A stretch of 64,000 nucleotides of DNA from Acidobacteriota bacterium (GTDB lineage Bacteria; Acidobacteriota; UBA6911; RPQK01; JAJDTT01), in assembly GCA_965263035.1 (NCBI GenBank), contig OZ253580.1, forward strand, positions 3,392,001 through 3,456,000. Direction: 5' to 3'. A model generated the notes under the pieces. The model was not told where the DNA came from, made no database searches, and worked only from the letters and a program-made list of their open reading frames with translations. Numbering within the stretch: the stretch's first letter is position 1; each line of letters opens with the position of its first letter. Below, in pieces: positions 46,331-56,164 of the stretch. Position numbers and translations under genes: made by a program.

Positions 46331-49300
46331 ATGCGACGTAGTTCAATGGCTGTACTGGTCTTGGTCGTCTTGGTCGTCTTGGTTCTGGGGTCTGCCGGTG
46401 TTCTCCGGGCCCAGGGCGAAGGATCTGGGACCATCACCGGAACGGTGCGCGACAATAGCGGTGCCGTGGTTCCTGGTGCTGACCTGGCCGTTGCCAATGA
46501 GGCGACGGGCCTCAGACGAACCGGCATCTCCGGCGAACAGGGGGCTTTCACTTTCGCCGCCTTGCCGGTCGGCTTGTACAACCTCAGTGTGGAGATGCCC
46601 GGCTTCAAGAAAGCGGTCGTGGAAGGGATCCAACTCGAGGTGTACTCCGTGGTGGATCACACCCTGACTCTTCAGGTGGGTGAAGTCAGCGATACGGTGT
46701 TGGTCACGGCCGAGGCTACGGTGGTGGACCGAAGAACCGCCGAGCTGGGGACCGTGATCGGGAAAGAGTTGGTCGAGGAACTGCCGCTGAACGGCCGGGG
46801 TTTCTTGCAGCTCGCCGGGATTCAGGCTGGCGTGCAGGACGGTAATGCTGCTCCCGGCGTAGCGCAATGGGCTTACGGTCCTCGCCAGACCTCGGCGTCC
46901 ATTTCCGGAACGCGGGTGAGTTCCACGTCGTTCGTATTCGACGGGATTCCTTTCAAGGAGCATTTTTACGGTGCCCCGGGGGCCCTCGTTCAAGTCGATG
47001 CCATCGCGGAATTCAAGGTGCAGAAGGGCTTTTTCACGGGCCGCGGCGCAACCCCGGGCGTGATCAGCGTCGTCACTAAACAGGGAACGAACGCGGTCCA
47101 TGGGAGCGCCTGGTTTTTTCACCGCAACGACAACCTGGACGCCAGAAGCTTCTTTGATCGAGAGATCGGAGAGTTTCGGCAACACCAGTGGGGCTTCGAG
47201 GTCGGGGGCCCGGTACTGAAGGACAAGCTGTTCTGGTACACCTCTTTGGAGGGGTTGGATTCAAGCCGGTTCAACACGCAGTTCCTCACCGTACCGTCGA
47301 CCAGACATCTCCAGGGGGATTTTTCCTCGTTGTCGACTCCCATCATGGATCCGATGACGGGCGAGCCCTTTCCCAACAACCGGATTCCGTCCGATCGCAT
47401 TCACCCCTGGGCCCGGTTGTACATGGAGGATGGCCTGATTCCAGCGCCCAATCTTCCAGTAACCGCCAACAACTTCACCGGTGCCGCACCGACCAATCAG
47501 ACTGACAGGAAATGGATCTGGCGTGGAGACTGGCAGATCACAGAAAACGATAAAGTCTTTGCCCGGGTGATCCACTCCGACTCGCAACTGTACGCCAATA
47601 GAATCAACAAAGGGGCGAATGTCGAGTATCCGCTGGATGGAAGAAACGCCGTCGTCAACTGGACCCACATTTTTGCCAATAATCTGATTCTGGACGCGCG
47701 GGCAGGACTGAACCGCGCTGTGATGTCATTGGCGCAGAACCTGGAACGGGACACGGACCCGATCTGGTCCGAGAGGTACGGCATCAGGAACATCAACACG
47801 ACCAGGACCTGTAACTATGCGCCAAGTGCACGCATGGTCGGCTACTCGTCCTTTGGGGGCGCCGGCAACTGCATCGTCCCCGTCAACAACGACCTCTACT
47901 ACATGGCCGATATGAGCTATTCCCAGGGTCGGCACGAAATGACCTGGGGTATGACCCTTGTCGACCGGTTCACACAGCAGCTGGCGGCCTCCTGGACCCA
48001 GGGTTCATTCAGCTTTACGGGCATCATTTCCGGAAACGATGTGGCCGACTTCCTTTTGGGACATCCCGAGAATTCCACGGGCGCCGCGGCGGCCGGGGCG
48101 AATCGGGTGTCCTGGTGGTGGGACGCCTATTTCGAGGATCGCATCCGCGTGACGCCCAACTTCAGCCTGACCCTGGCCCTGCGTTACCAGGTGCATCCCT
48201 GGCTCGCTTTGGAGGTTGGACCGGAAGGCGGCAACTATCTGGATATCATGGACTTCACGCGTCCGCGCGGAGGCGTGATTTTCGGAGGGCCGGGAAGTCT
48301 GATCGACACCGACTTCAACGATTTCGCGCCACGGATCGGGTTCGCGTGGACGCCCACTGCCAACCAGAATTTCGTGCTCCGGGGCAGCTACGGTGTCTTC
48401 TATGACGAAACCCCGGGCAACGACTTGGCGTGGGACAGCTCCGGTCCGCAAAATGCATTCATTAACAATGCGATCAGCCGGGATCCGAGGAACCCCGTAG
48501 ACATCGGCACGCTGTTTAAGGATCCTCCCGTATTCGATCCGGACAACTTCAACGAAATTCTGGATATGAGCGATCCCATCGGATATGTCTCACTGATTAC
48601 GGATGAGAGACGGAGTCCGTATCTGCAGAACTGGACCTTGAGCATTCAGAACATGCTTCCGGGGCAGGTTCTGCTGGAGACGGCTTATGTCGGATCGACC
48701 GGCAGGAAACTGTCCCAGCGGCAGGAGCTCAATCGTCCGCTTCCCCAACTCGGCGCGCCCCCCTTCGAGCAGGAGCGGCGCCCCTGGCCCAATATCGGTT
48801 TCAATATCCAGGACGCCGGTGCGGGGATGTCCGATTACCATGCACTTCAAGTCACCGTCAGAAAATCCAGCTCCAAACTCAGCTTCCTCATGGGCTATAC
48901 CTGGGGGAAGACGACCGACTGGGATTCCTTTGGATCCGTGACGACGTACCGGCTTACGGACACCAACAACGCCCGAAGCGATTGGGATATGGGACACCGT
49001 TTGTCCTTCAGCTGGAACTACCTGCTTCCGAAGATGGAAAGCCAATCCGGCATTATTCGGAATATCCTGGGTGGTTGGCAGTTTGGTGGGATTACCACGA
49101 TAAACAGTGGACTGCCGATTACGGTTGGCATGTCCAGCGACAACTCCAACACGGGATCCACCTATAACGCACGTCAGCCGAACCGGTTGCGCAACGGCAC
49201 CAAGGGAACCCCCACGATCGAACAATGGTTCAATACGGCCGCTTTTGCAGAAAATCCTCTGAATACGTACGGAAACAGCGGCCGAAATATCATCGATCGA

Positions 49301-49522
49301 GATGGGATCATCAACCAGGATCTGGCCCTGATCAAGAACTGGAGTCTTCCCATGTTGCCGACCGAGGAAGGACAGTTGCAGCTCAGATTCGAGTTCTTCA
49401 ACACCTTCAACCACCCGAACTTCGGCGGCCCAAGCTCCAATATTCAGAGTGCCGCCTTCGGAAGGGTCAGTGGCGCGTTGTCCGGCCGGGTCATACAAGT
49501 CGCTCTGAAGGTATATTTCTAA
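46331..49522 (+). CDS. TonB-dependent receptor, Oar-like, with carboxypeptidase-regulatory N-terminal domain
   Basis: GTITGTVRDNSGAVVPGA, LPLNGRGFLQL, DFAPRIGFAW, QLRFEFFNTFNHPNF, C-terminal aromatic residue (KVYF). Confidence 0.93.
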   Translation: MRRSSMAVLVLVVLVVLVLGSAGVLRAQGEGSGTITGTVRDNSGAVVPGADLAVANEATGLRRTGISGEQGAFTFAALPVGLYNLSVEMPGFKKAVVEGIQLEVYSVVDHTLTLQVGEVSDTVLVTAEATVVDRRTAELGTVIGKELVEELPLNGRGFLQLAGIQAGVQDGNAAPGVAQWAYGPRQTSASISGTRVSSTSFVFDGIPFKEHFYGAPGALVQVDAIAEFKVQKGFFTGRGATPGVISVVTKQGTNAVHGSAWFFHRNDNLDARSFFDREIGEFRQHQWGFEVGGPVLKDKLFWYTSLEGLDSSRFNTQFLTVPSTRHLQGDFSSLSTPIMDPMTGEPFPNNRIPSDRIHPWARLYMEDGLIPAPNLPVTANNFTGAAPTNQTDRKWIWRGDWQITENDKVFARVIHSDSQLYANRINKGANVEYPLDGRNAVVNWTHIFANNLILDARAGLNRAVMSLAQNLERDTDPIWSERYGIRNINTTRTCNYAPSARMVGYSSFGGAGNCIVPVNNDLYYMADMSYSQGRHEMTWGMTLVDRFTQQLAASWTQGSFSFTGIISGNDVADFLLGHPENSTGAAAAGANRVSWWWDAYFEDRIRVTPNFSLTLALRYQVHPWLALEVGPEGGNYLDIMDFTRPRGGVIFGGPGSLIDTDFNDFAPRIGFAWTPTANQNFVLRGSYGVFYDETPGNDLAWDSSGPQNAFINNAISRDPRNPVDIGTLFKDPPVFDPDNFNEILDMSDPIGYVSLITDERRSPYLQNWTLSIQNMLPGQVLLETAYVGSTGRKLSQRQELNRPLPQLGAPPFEQERRPWPNIGFNIQDAGAGMSDYHALQVTVRKSSSKLSFLMGYTWGKTTDWDSFGSVTTYRLTDTNNARSDWDMGHRLSFSWNYLLPKMESQSGIIRNILGGWQFGGITTINSGLPITVGMSSDNSNTGSTYNARQPNRLRNGTKGTPTIEQWFNTAAFAENPLNTYGNSGRNIIDRDGIINQDLALIKNWSLPMLPTEEGQLQLRFEFFNTFNHPNFGGPSSNIQSAAFGRVSGALSGRVIQVALKVYF

Positions 49523-49542
49523 CCCAGCCGGCTATTGCGTAG

Positions 49543-49649
49543 GGAGGGGCGATTTCCAATCGCCCACTGGGAGGGGCGATTTCCAGTCGCCCCGTCCCTC
49601 CTCGCCCCATCGTTAATCCGGAGTGCGGCGGCTGGAAAGCCGCCGCTCC
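49543..49649. repeat. REP-like cluster, GGAG class (two direct copies, one inverted)
   Basis: GGAGGGGCGATTTCCAATCGCCC 49543-49565, GGAGGGGCGATTTCCAGTCGCCC 49570-49592, inverted copy 49626-49649. Confidence 0.8.
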
Positions 49650-49659
49650 TCTTCGGCGG

Positions 49660-50559
49660 CTAGGAAGACGCCGTACCCCAATCCGCCAGATCGACTCCTG
49701 ATCGCCGCATGTAATCGCGGATGTATTCGAGGGTGTCCTCCTGCCCGTGGCCCGCGTCTCGAAACCGGGTGAGAATATCTTCCACGAGCAGACCGACCTC
49801 CAGCGGCACGCCGGTTTCCCTGCCCAATTCGACACCCAGGCGCATGTCCTTGACGGCCCCGTCAGTGACGAAGTGCAGCGGTTCGCCGCCGAGGGACAGC
49901 TTCATGCTCCTTTCCAGGAAGGTGCTGTGGCCCATGCTCGGCTTGATGACGTCGAGCAGAGTCCGCGGATCGAGGCCCGCCTTGACACCCATGGCCATCC
50001 CCTCGCAGGCGCCGATGAAGTTGATGTACATCATCAGGTTGTTCACCAGCTTGGTCACATTGCCGGAACCCGCCGGCCCCATGTGGACCACGGTCTTTCC
50101 GAAGCACTGGAGGAGGGTGCGATACCTTTCGAACGTCGCCTCTTCTCCGCCGACGAATACGGTCAGCGTGGCATCTTGCGCAGCCCAAATGCCCCCGCTG
50201 ATGGGTGCGTCCAGGACCTGAATGCCCCTGGATGCGCCGGTTTCCCCGATCCGGCGCATGAGCGCCGGCGCGTTGGTGCTGGTATCGATGCAGGCGCCTC
50301 CCGCGGCCAGACCGGCAAAGACGCCGTTCTCGCCCAGGACGACGGATTCCACTTGCAACGGACCGGGCAGCGACAGCAGCACCACGTCGGACCGGGCTGC
50401 CGTCTCCTCAGGGCTCGTTGCCCAAGTCGCGCCTGAATCCTCGAGGTTTCGGCCCTGCTCGCGACGGATGTCGTGGATGGTCAGTTCGTGTCCGGCCTTC
50501 TGCAGGTTGGCTGCCATGGGATTCCCCATGGCTCCCAGGCCGATGAATCCGACTCTCAT
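49660..50559 (-). CDS. NAD(P)-dependent beta-hydroxyacid dehydrogenase (3-hydroxyisobutyrate DH / tartronate semialdehyde reductase family)
   Basis: GFIGLGAMG, DTSTN, DAPISGG, KLVNN, KD. Confidence 0.92.
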   Translation of the reverse strand: MRVGFIGLGAMGNPMAANLQKAGHELTIHDIRREQGRNLEDSGATWATSPEETAARSDVVLLSLPGPLQVESVVLGENGVFAGLAAGGACIDTSTNAPALMRRIGETGASRGIQVLDAPISGGIWAAQDATLTVFVGGEEATFERYRTLLQCFGKTVVHMGPAGSGNVTKLVNNLMMYINFIGACEGMAMGVKAGLDPRTLLDVIKPSMGHSTFLERSMKLSLGGEPLHFVTDGAVKDMRLGVELGRETGVPLEVGLLVEDILTRFRDAGHGQEDTLEYIRDYMRRSGVDLADWGTASS

Positions 50560-50629
50560 TTCGGCACCTCTCTACCGGTCCTGATTTTGTGAGGAACACG
50601 GTCGGCGTGAAGGACGGACCGGTGTGGAT

Positions 50630-51418
50630 TTATGGCGTGCTGCGCCGATCGCCGCCGTCCATGTAGATGGAGCTGCCGAACATGTAGGAGCACACGTCCG
50701 ACGCCAGAAAAGCGACGACGTCCGCAATCTCCTCCGGCTCGGCGATTCGGCCGGCAGGAAGTCCATTCCCGAGCTCCGTGAGGACTTCCTCCACGTCGCG
50801 GCCCTCTTTATCGGCCTTCGCCTGAAACAGATCACGCGCCCTCTGCGTGTTGGTGAAGCCGGGGCAGATGGTATTGACCAGGATACCGTCCCCTGAGACC
50901 GCGTCCGAGAGTGCACGGGTCATGTTGAGAATGGTGATGTTGGCCAGGCTGACCGGGATGTTGCCCTGGGCTGGACTCGCACCTGCGCTTCCGGCGATGT
51001 TGACGATACGCCCCCAGCCGTTCTGTCTCATCTGCGGGATCACGAGTTGGGACATGCGAAGATAGCCGTAGCTCTTCAGACCCAGCGCATCGTCGATCAC
51101 TTCGGTTGGAAGATGCAGGATATCGTGTGCTCGTGCCGCACCCGCGCAATTCACCAAAATATCGACACCCCCGAAATGTTCTACCGATTCTTCCACGACG
51201 CGGCGGCACGCCTCCAAGGTCGTCAGGTCGGCCGAAACGGCATATCCCTCGCCCCCCGCCTCGTTGATCTCCCCGACGGTCTGATCCAGCAGATTCCGGT
51301 CACGAGCCGTGACGCAGATCCGGGAACCCTCGCGGGCAAGCGCCAGGGCACAGCATCGTCCGATCCCCCGATTGCCGCCGGTGACGATAGCGCGTTTTCC
51401 TTTTAATCCGAGGTCCAT
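50630..51418 (-). CDS. SDR family oxidoreductase with atypical active site
   Basis: MDLGLKGK, TGGNRGIG, NCAG, WGRIVNI; VSLAN where YxxxK is expected. Confidence 0.88.
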   Translation of the reverse strand: MDLGLKGKRAIVTGGNRGIGRCCALALAREGSRICVTARDRNLLDQTVGEINEAGGEGYAVSADLTTLEACRRVVEESVEHFGGVDILVNCAGAARAHDILHLPTEVIDDALGLKSYGYLRMSQLVIPQMRQNGWGRIVNIAGSAGASPAQGNIPVSLANITILNMTRALSDAVSGDGILVNTICPGFTNTQRARDLFQAKADKEGRDVEEVLTELGNGLPAGRIAEPEEIADVVAFLASDVCSYMFGSSIYMDGGDRRSTP

Positions 51419-51462
51419 TGATGTTCCTTTTTTCGGGGTGTGTCGTATTGATAAACAGCGGA

Positions 51463-54027
51463 TCAGTGTCGGACCACTTCGAGCAGCGTGATCTCCCAGG
51501 GCTCGAGGGTCAAACGAAGTTCGTCCCCGTCAAGATTTCGATACGTGCCTTCAGTGTCCCTCGGCCAGTGACGCCTGACCTTCCAGCGTCCGCTCTCTTT
51601 GAAGGAACACTCGGCATCCAGTTCGAGGAAGGCTTCCGACGGGCGCGGGGAGCCATTATTGATGGCGATGAAGCCACGGTTCCCCGAGAATCCGAGATAG
51701 CCATAGAGCTCGTCCTGCCAGGGGTTGCCCAGAATGAAACGCCGATTGCGGAAGCACTCGGGGTAAGTCTTCAGTAGCCCGACGAAGTGAGCGAGATCCT
51801 CCCTCTCCTGCGTGGTGAGCCATTTCGGATGGGTCCAGATCTGTGCCATCAGGCTTCCGCGGCAGATGTCCATGACAAAGCCTTCCTGCCAGCGCTCCTT
51901 GCCGATCTTGCTGTTCCAACTGGTCGGGGAGAGCCAGACGCCCAGGGAGTCCTTGAGCAGGGAGGGAATGTCTCCTTCTTCCGAGGTGTACCACTCGGCC
52001 TGATCCAGGATTCTCGTCACCGAGTCGCGCTGGTGCCGGGTGGGCCAGTGGCTGGGCTGGCCGGCTTCGATCAGCAGCCCGGGATCCCAGATGTTGTCCA
52101 TCCAGAGCAGCCACCAGGGAGAGCTGTAGCAGCCTTGTCCCATGATCAGGATGTCCGGATTCTCTTTGTCGACGGCTGTCCAGGTGTCGATGGCGGCATC
52201 GAATATCGATCGGGTGGAGTACTTTCCCGTTTCGTGCCCGTGTCCGGTGTTGCGGCACACCAGGCACATGCCGTCCTGGATCAACACCGAAACGAAGCCT
52301 GAGCGCGCATAGTCCACCATGCTCTTCTTGATCGAGTCCCCGTACGGTCTGGAGCCCCGGCAAAGGCCTGTGGGGCGGCTGCCGGAGGGGCCGCCCGCTC
52401 GAACCTGATCGATGGAACAGACCGCGAAGTCCGGATTCCTGGAGCACTCCCAGGCGTGCTGAGCCTCGAAGCCGATCATGATGGGCACCCCGACCTGGCG
52501 CGACCGTTCGAACAGGCGGACCGGGCCATTGGGCCAACCGCTCCTTCGGAACGGTTCCAGATCCCGAACCTTGTAATCCACGATCAGATGAGAAGCCTCC
52601 TTCCCGCTGCGGTAGAAGGTGCTGTAGTCACGCTTCGTATCCCAGAAGAACCCGATCGAGACTCCATCCAGGTCCAGCTTCTGCTCCCTCTTCATCTCCT
52701 CGATCCCATCCAGGATCCCGAGCATGTGCTGCTCATCGTGCCAATCGCCATGCTCATCCCGCTCCCAGGAACCGTAGCTCATCAACAGGGCGTAAGGTTT
52801 GTCATGGCCTCGCCGGATGCGTCGGGACCGTTCCTGAATATGGTTCCGAAACGCAGCCGAGCTCCCGCCTCGCTCGGCCACCCCGATCACCACTTCGCTC
52901 AGGGCGAGTTCCTGTCCACTGTCCAGTTCGGCGGCCGGAAACTCGCGAAGCCGGACCCGTCCCTCGCCCCCTTGGACCAGACCGGCCGGGTGGGCGATTC
53001 CGAAGAAGAGCTGCTCATTGACGTGGACGGGAAAGCCTTCTCCGCCCTCGCTTGCGGTGCCGCCGGTGTGGTAGTTGCCCAGGTCGACATCGAGCACCCG
53101 GATCGGATCCGTCGCCCGGTTTGCGATGCTGACAAACTTGCGCAAAATGGGACTGCCTTCCCGCCACGTGTAACGCACCTCGCCCTGAATGGAATCCCCC
53201 TGGCTCTGCACATCGAGAATCAGCGAGTTGCTTTCTCCGTCGCGCTCCAGACGGTGCGACGTCACCCCAAAGCTGACCTTGCGCATCGGCTCTCCGATGG
53301 TCACGTACTGGTCGAAGTTGGACTGGTAACCGATCGGCTGGGGGAGCTGCTGGCGATTGCGGGAATCCAGGTTCTTGAGTCGGCGCAGCCGCTCACCTCC
53401 GGCATTCATCCCTTTCATTTGGAGCACGAGCAGGTTATCGCCGCCAAACTTCAGGAGGCCGTAGGCCTTGTCGCCGGTGTCGAGGCGAAATATGCGGGGC
53501 TCGCGCCAGAACCCGGATTCCACACGCGTCCCGATCTCCATTCCATTGAGGAAGACGCGTATCCAATCGGCGTCATTGAGCCCGTGGCCGCCCAGAACGA
53601 TGTGGACCGTCCGGCCGCCGGCATCCGGGAGGCGGAACCGGGTCCTGCCCCAGACATGTTTCGAGGGATCCGCCAGAACAACGGGAGAAGTCTCCCAGTC
53701 CGCGTCATCCACCTCGAGGGAGAAATACCGTTTCTCATAGCCCGGATCCCGTTCCGGGGGAGTCGAACCGAACCCGGCAAACTTCGACGTCACGGTCCGT
53801 TTCCACGGACCGAGTTCGATGCGGGCGTCCGAAGCATCGAGGTAGACGGCCAACTCCTCCCCGTGGCCCAGGGAGCAATATTCTCCGGTGAGTTTGTTCG
53901 CCATGCCGATGGCCTTGAACGTTTGGAGATCCAAATCCCATCGGAATTTCTCATTCTCTACGGAAACACCTGTCTTGCTGGTGCACGCAGGGATCGTCAG
54001 GGCCGCCAGCAGAAGCACGACTCGCAT
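51463..54027 (-). CDS. Lipoprotein glycoside-hydrolase-like protein (GH36/alpha-galactosidase-like barrel with inserted sugar-binding domain)
   Basis: Lipobox-like TIPAC; inserted beta-rich domain (VFLNGMEIG, GGDNLLV); SYGSW, WPNGP, YSSPWWL. Confidence 0.55.
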   Translation of the reverse strand: MRVVLLLAALTIPACTSKTGVSVENEKFRWDLDLQTFKAIGMANKLTGEYCSLGHGEELAVYLDASDARIELGPWKRTVTSKFAGFGSTPPERDPGYEKRYFSLEVDDADWETSPVVLADPSKHVWGRTRFRLPDAGGRTVHIVLGGHGLNDADWIRVFLNGMEIGTRVESGFWREPRIFRLDTGDKAYGLLKFGGDNLLVLQMKGMNAGGERLRRLKNLDSRNRQQLPQPIGYQSNFDQYVTIGEPMRKVSFGVTSHRLERDGESNSLILDVQSQGDSIQGEVRYTWREGSPILRKFVSIANRATDPIRVLDVDLGNYHTGGTASEGGEGFPVHVNEQLFFGIAHPAGLVQGGEGRVRLREFPAAELDSGQELALSEVVIGVAERGGSSAAFRNHIQERSRRIRRGHDKPYALLMSYGSWERDEHGDWHDEQHMLGILDGIEEMKREQKLDLDGVSIGFFWDTKRDYSTFYRSGKEASHLIVDYKVRDLEPFRRSGWPNGPVRLFERSRQVGVPIMIGFEAQHAWECSRNPDFAVCSIDQVRAGGPSGSRPTGLCRGSRPYGDSIKKSMVDYARSGFVSVLIQDGMCLVCRNTGHGHETGKYSTRSIFDAAIDTWTAVDKENPDILIMGQGCYSSPWWLLWMDNIWDPGLLIEAGQPSHWPTRHQRDSVTRILDQAEWYTSEEGDIPSLLKDSLGVWLSPTSWNSKIGKERWQEGFVMDICRGSLMAQIWTHPKWLTTQEREDLAHFVGLLKTYPECFRNRRFILGNPWQDELYGYLGFSGNRGFIAINNGSPRPSEAFLELDAECSFKESGRWKVRRHWPRDTEGTYRNLDGDELRLTLEPWEITLLEVVRH

Positions 54028-54224
54028 GGTCCCGGAAGTATTTATAGTCGCATCCTCCTCTAAGAATGTGTATCCGAGCAGTTGGGACGAGACATTAATA
54101 AAATCATCTCTTCGTATATACGTATTTCTATCTCAAGACGGCGGCTACATCAAGCAAAGGTCGTAATATTCCGGAAGGGGCGTGGGATGAGTGCGTATAT
54201 AGCAATGCGTGCTAAGATGTTCTT

Positions 54225-56141
54225 ATGCTCCAGGTTCCAACAATGATGGCTTTGGCCGGCATCCTGCTACTGGCGCAGGCTGCCGGCGGTCGCACCGGAA
54301 CTCAAGTCGAGCCGGAGCAGGTCCTTCGGCGGGCGCTGGAACTCCAGCAGGCCGACGATGTGGACGGCGCCATCGAGCAGTACCGGGCCTTGCTGGCCCA
54401 ATACCCGGACCATGCGGAGGCTCGCGTCAAACTGGGCAATGCCTACTCTTCGATCGGCCGCTATCCGGATGCCGCCGTCCAATACCAGCAGGCTCTACAC
54501 AAGGATGGTCTCAGGGATCCGACCGGTCTCGACTACTCCTTGGCTTGGGTCTATTTTCGGATGGCCGAATACGAAAAGGCCAAGCCGATCCTGGACCGGG
54601 TCGTCGCCGCCGGCTCCAAGGGCAGGGAAGCCGTTCAACTGCTGGCGTCCTGTTATTTCAATTTGGGCGAGTGGAGGAAGGTGATCGGCCTTTTGTCTCC
54701 GCTTGAAGCGGGACTGTCCGAGTCGCCCGCCCTGACCTATCTGTTGGGCGTCGCGCTGGAAGAAGACGGTCAGAACGAAAGGGGAACGCCACTCGTAGAG
54801 ACCGCCCTGAAAGGTACCGATTGGCCGACGGCACGGTTCCGGTCCGAGATGCGCTCGGATTGGCTCAATCGTTTGGCTCGTCGAGGAAGGGACCTGATGG
54901 AGAGCGGGGACTACCCTGGGGCCGCCAGGCACTTGGAAAGAGCCCTCTCGCTCGACCCGAGGGTCCCGTCGTTGAACGTCACTTACGGGAAGTTGCTCCG
55001 GCTCATGAACCGGCACGACGTTGCGGATCGAGCCTTCCTGAAAGAGCTCGAAGTCAATCCCGACGATTACGATGCCAATCTGTTTCACGGCATCTATCTC
55101 TTCGAGAACGAACAGAAATATGAGGAGGCGCTGGCCTGCTTCGAACGGGCGTTGCGCACGCGTCCGGGCGACGCCGATGCACGGTTTCAAATGGGACTCG
55201 TCTACAACTCCTCCAACCGGATTGAAGAGGCCATTCAAACCGTGGAGGGCGTGGTGGCGGAGAACCCCAATTTCCTGGAAGGCCATGTCACTCTCGCCGG
55301 TCTGTACTTTCGGTTGGGAAAAGAAGAGGAAGCCGAACGCCACCGGGTCGCCGCCGAGCGGCTTCGAACCAGCAGGGATGGGCAGCACCTGATCAAGCTG
55401 GGACAACTCTCGCAGGCCTCCGAGCTGTTCGAGCGCCAGAAGAAGGCGGACCCGTCGGACCCCGAGCCTTACTTCCATGAGGGTCTGGCTCTTTGGCAAG
55501 AGCAGAACTGGCAGGACGCCGCCGCCGAGTTCAAGGAGGCCGTTCGATTGGGTAACGGCAATCTCAAGTACACCATCTACTATTCGAATGCGCTGGCCCA
55601 GTCGGGTCAGCATGAATTGGCGCGGACCATCGTGGAGTCCCTGCATCGGGATCGTTGGCGTCAACTGGACTCCCGTCAGGCCTGGATTCTGGGAGACACC
55701 TGGTTTCAGATCGGAGACCATGATCAGGTTCTGCAGGTCCTGGATTTCCTGTCTGGCCAGGACCCGAAGAATGCGCAGGTCGATCTGATGCGAGGCCAGA
55801 TCCTTCTCCGTAAAGGGAGCTACGAACGGGCAAGGGCGTCCGCTGAAGGGAGCATCAGGAAACAGCCGGACAACAGCCTCGCCCACGCTCTGTTGGGAAC
55901 AGCCCGGTATCTACTTGGGGACCTGCCTGGGGCCAAAGAAGCCTTTCTCAAAGCCGTGGAACAGGATCCCGGCAACCCGGATCATCTGCGCAAGCTGGGT
56001 GCGCTCTACCTGGAGTTGGGAGAGTACGAACCGGCAATCACGGCTCTTGAGCGGGCCAAGCCGGCCGCTGCCGAAATTCCCAGTATCCACCGTCTTCTCG
56101 AAAGGGCGTACCAGGCAAGGGAGACCGGGTCCAAGAAGTAA
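54225..56141 (+). CDS. Exported tetratricopeptide repeat protein
   Basis: Signal peptide and multiple TPR units. Confidence 0.9.
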   Translation: MLQVPTMMALAGILLLAQAAGGRTGTQVEPEQVLRRALELQQADDVDGAIEQYRALLAQYPDHAEARVKLGNAYSSIGRYPDAAVQYQQALHKDGLRDPTGLDYSLAWVYFRMAEYEKAKPILDRVVAAGSKGREAVQLLASCYFNLGEWRKVIGLLSPLEAGLSESPALTYLLGVALEEDGQNERGTPLVETALKGTDWPTARFRSEMRSDWLNRLARRGRDLMESGDYPGAARHLERALSLDPRVPSLNVTYGKLLRLMNRHDVADRAFLKELEVNPDDYDANLFHGIYLFENEQKYEEALACFERALRTRPGDADARFQMGLVYNSSNRIEEAIQTVEGVVAENPNFLEGHVTLAGLYFRLGKEEEAERHRVAAERLRTSRDGQHLIKLGQLSQASELFERQKKADPSDPEPYFHEGLALWQEQNWQDAAAEFKEAVRLGNGNLKYTIYYSNALAQSGQHELARTIVESLHRDRWRQLDSRQAWILGDTWFQIGDHDQVLQVLDFLSGQDPKNAQVDLMRGQILLRKGSYERARASAEGSIRKQPDNSLAHALLGTARYLLGDLPGAKEAFLKAVEQDPGNPDHLRKLGALYLELGEYEPAITALERAKPAAAEIPSIHRLLERAYQARETGSKK

Positions 56142-56164
56142 CACCGCTGCCATAGCGGGAAACG

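Noticed and set aside
49543-49649. Short direct repeats as a possible CRISPR array (also 22734-22779 and 9766-9869)
   Set aside because: Only 2-3 units, spacers of 0-4 bp or inverted orientation, and no cas genes; fits REP elements.
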